Origin: Octopus vulgaris | Taxonomy: Eukaryota | Assembly: GCA_951406725.2 (NCBI GenBank) | Contig: OX597826.1 | Span: 47,430,001-47,494,000, forward strand | Length of the DNA stretch: 64,000 nt | Reading direction: 5' to 3' | Shown here: positions 59,862 to 64,000 of the stretch, piece by piece | How the letters are laid out: each line of letters opens with the position of its first letter | Numbering within the stretch: the first letter of the stretch is position 1 | The notes under the pieces: model-generated | The model's database searches: none | Seen by the model: only the letters and a program-made list of their open reading frames with translations | Told to the model about the DNA's origin: nothing | Program-made: the position numbers and the translations under genes

Positions 59862-59907
<46 letters not shown>

Positions 59908-59970
59908 TAATAATAATAATAATAATAATAATAATTGTAATAATAATGATGATGATAATAATAATGATAA
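59842..59970. repeat. (AAT)n/(GAT) trinucleotide microsatellite
   Basis: Direct reading. Confidence 0.95.
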
Positions 59971-60210
59971 TATATGTATATAAATATGCACTTATGTATA
60001 TATATATTTGTGTGTGTGTGCGTGTACGAATGGATATATACATAGACAGAATGTCTATGAAGATCCTTATATACCGTCACACATAGGCCCTTATACACAA
60101 ACAGCAATATCCACACATACACGTGACCTTCTGTCATAGGTTCTCTCTGTATGTCGCAATGCTTAATTTAGAAGAATATAAACTCCACCACTTTATACCC
60201 TGGAGTATAC

Positions 60211-60264
<54 letters not shown>

Positions 60265-60609
60265 TTAGATACTTCAATCAACACGTGCGTATGTGGGCTA
60301 CGTACGTGTGGCACATATACACATGTGATTAGCAATTTGCTTACACGTGCACATATACTCGCCCCAGAGATATACACCCGCACAGGTACCCGTGGAGAAT
60401 GATGTAGACTCATTCACGCAAACAGACACACACACAGACATTAGCTGGAATAGTCACAATAATACGCAATGGTGGAAACATATAAGCCCATATATACACA
60501 CACAAGTAAACACACAGATACACACAACATACACGCATATCAACTATAAAATATATGACAAGCAGTTAATTTTGAAATATATATACGTGTGTGCGTGTGT
60601 GTGTATGTG

Positions 60610-60649
<40 letters not shown>

Positions 60650-60660
60650 CGCATATATAT

Positions 60661-61036
60661 ATGGTAAGTAGCTTGCTAACCAACCACATGGTTCCGGGTT
60701 CAGTCCCACTGCGTGGCATCTTGGGCAAGTGTATTCTGCTATAGCCCCGGGCAGACCAATGCCTTGGTAGACGGAAACTTAAAGAAGCCTGTCGTATATA
60801 TATATATATGTATGTGTGTGTTTGTGTGTCTGTGTTTGTCCCCCTAGCATTGCTTGACAACCGATGATGGTGTGTTTACGTCTCCGTCACTTAGCGGTTC
60901 GGCAAAAGAGACCGATAGAATAAGTACTGGGCTTATTAGAATAAGTCCCGGGGTCGATTTGCTCGACTAAAGGCGGTGCTCCAGCATGGCCGCAGTCAAA
61001 TGACTGAAACAAGTAAAAGAGTAAAAGAGTAAAGAG
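60661..61036 (+). mobile_element. SINE family A, near full length
   Basis: TGGTAAGTAGCTTGC...CATCTTGGGCAAGTG...(GTAAAAGA)n tail. Confidence 0.92.
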
Positions 61037-61068
<32 letters not shown>

Positions 61069-61423
61069 TATTCAGACTGGCAAATGTTCTAACGGTGTGT
61101 GTGTGTCTGTGTGTGCGTATATGAATGTCTGTGTTTGTGTAGAATACATATATACTTTAATACATCCATACATGCATTAATACAGAGTGCTATCTCTCAC
61201 CACACAACCACATACATACATGCATACATACATACAAAGTGCAAGTGTGTATGTATATATGAATGAATATACATACATGTTAATACGTACATATGCACAA
61301 TCACGTATGTATTATATATATATGTATGTATACGTATGTATGCATATATATGTACATATCTATATAGACACATATATATTTCTATATATATACATGTGTA
61401 TATATATATATTTATATATATAC

Positions 61424-61478
<55 letters not shown>

Positions 61479-61629
61479 CGTGTGTGTGTGTGTTTGTACG
61501 CATATATATGCATGTATAAGGATATGTAGTTACATTGATATAGATATAAATACTGACATATATGTGTGTGTATACATATATATATATATATACATGCACA
61601 CACAGATATATATATATATGTATATATGC

Positions 61630-61666
<37 letters not shown>

Positions 61667-61715
61667 TATGTGTGCGTGTGTGTGTATGTCCATAGATATA
61701 TATATATATATATAT

Positions 61716-61782
<67 letters not shown>

Positions 61783-62262
61783 TAAGAGATTGAAATATTG
61801 TCATAGACATCCTGGGAGTATAGCAGATAAGTGTAACAGTCAATATGAATGTATACAAAGAACGCGTATATAGTTGGTACATGTATATAAGTAGGAAGTG
61901 ATTGAGGTAAAAGGTTCTACATGCTTATGAATACAAATATCTATAACATTGTGTGCGAGAGTAGCTTTTTATGTGTGCGTGCATGCGTGCGTGCGTGTGT
62001 AGCAGGCTACACAGTTGATTCCTTTCACAACTTTCTAAATTGCATGCTTTGGGTTCGATCCTGCTTCACATCAATTCAGGCCTCAGCCTTTCACATAGCC
62101 TTCACCAGCCGAATGATTAACTCGAGTTTGCAATTATCGACGCGGAATCCAGTGGTATATAACGCAAAGGTATATACATACATGTATGCATACATACATA
62201 CATACATTATATATATATATGCATGCATGTATATATTTATATATATATGTGTATATATATGT

Positions 62263-62306
<44 letters not shown>

Positions 62307-62377
62307 ATGTTATAATGTATATATATATACATACATACATATATATACATATATGTAAGTATGTGTATGTATATATG

Positions 62378-62408
<31 letters not shown>

Positions 62409-62803
62409 CATGTGTGTATGTAAACACACTCACAAGCACACACACACATACACAAACACATATATATATATTTATGCACACACACACATACATACATGCA
62501 TATATATATAGGTTGATGTATATAGATATATACTTGTGCATATGTAAACGAACAATAATATCTCTGAGTATATATTTGCATCCAATCGTATGACGGAATG
62601 TGATCGAGAAATAAAAAAATTTCGATGAATCGGTGCGTCAAACAAAAATACCTTGTTCGATATATTCCAGACAGCAGACTTAGCCGTACGATGAAAAGGA
62701 ACGATACACAACAACTTATAGAAATGGGTGGAATCAAAAGCAGTTTCATTGATACCCCAGCATGGCCACGAGCGCAAAAATGAATGCGATAAATGAATAA
62801 AGT

Positions 62804-62849
<46 letters not shown>

Positions 62850-63037
62850 TGCATGAGCTTGTTTGGTTGTATGTGTGTTATGAATGTATATATGTGTATT
62901 TATATATGTACATATTTACGTATAGAAACACACACATATGCACATTATATATACATACATAAATATATACATGAATGTATTAATATATATATATATATAT
63001 GTGTGTGTGTGTATATGTATTATATATAATATATATA

Positions 63038-63115
<78 letters not shown>

Positions 63116-63902
63116 ATATATATATACATATATACATATTATATATATAATACAGACACACACACATGTCTGTACATGCACCTCTTTGTAGAATATGCAT
63201 ATCTTCATATATACATGCATGTTCACACACACCTTCATATCTATATGCATACCTACATTAATCCATATATACATTCACGTGTGCGTGTTTGTGTGAGAGT
63301 GTGTTTGTTTGTATTTATGCGCGTGTATGTGTGTGTGTGCGTGTGTGTATGTATAAACACACCCGTAAATACATATATGCATTTATACTAATATACGTAA
63401 TAATATATATAAATATATATATATATTTATATAAACATCCCTCCATCCATCCATAAATACATACATATATTCATACATGCAGACGTACATACATTCACGT
63501 GTATATCCCCTGATGCGTGTGTGTGTGTGTGTGTTTGTATGCCTGTGTCAATACATAAGTATTTCACGACTTCCTCTAACATCTTTCACAGCCTATGAAG
63601 TAACATGAAATGAAGGGTTTTTAAATTAATTATGTTTACCAAAAATAGATATGGCGGGGTAGGAAGAGAGTGAGAGAGAGAGAGAGAGAGTGTGTGTGTG
63701 TTTGGAGTAGAAAGAGAGCGGTCATAAACATACCCTCCAATGTACTCTTAACACATGCATACATGAATGCAACTCACATGCATGTGTAGTCATGCATGTA
63801 GATTTTATATACGTATATATATATATATATAAGCATAGGTATGCATGTATGAATTATGTTAGTAAATTATATACATAAATGCATACTTATACACACACAC
63901 AC

Positions 63903-63960
<58 letters not shown>

Positions 63961-64000
63961 TTGTATGTATGCATATATGCTTGTGTGTAAGTGTGTGGTT

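Overview
Animal genomic DNA with no convincing protein-coding gene; almost every ORF in the supplied track is a translation of simple repeats. The window is saturated with (TA)n, (CA)n, (TATG)n, (GATA)n, (CAT)n and (AAT)n tracts. It carries about 30 copies of at least five tRNA-derived SINE families, a decayed mariner transposon, two copies of a mariner-derived MITE and Penelope-like remnants. This repeat landscape resembles an Octopus (coleoid cephalopod) intron or intergenic region, which is an inference from recalled repeat families, not from a search. The most notable signals are: (1) several type I hammerhead ribozyme motifs, two with complete catalytic cores (1161-1197, 6692-6779); (2) a recurrent class of local fold-back and templated duplications of unique DNA, mostly anchored on (TA)n tracts (4205-4795, 7186-7287, 13303-14147, 16602-16650, 22177-22340); (3) a SINE fragment amplified with its target site into a 4x150-bp array; (4) one GC-balanced island with a strong splice acceptor and a 30-aa hydrophobic ORF (51920-52018, minus strand). 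All coordinates and alignments were made by eye.
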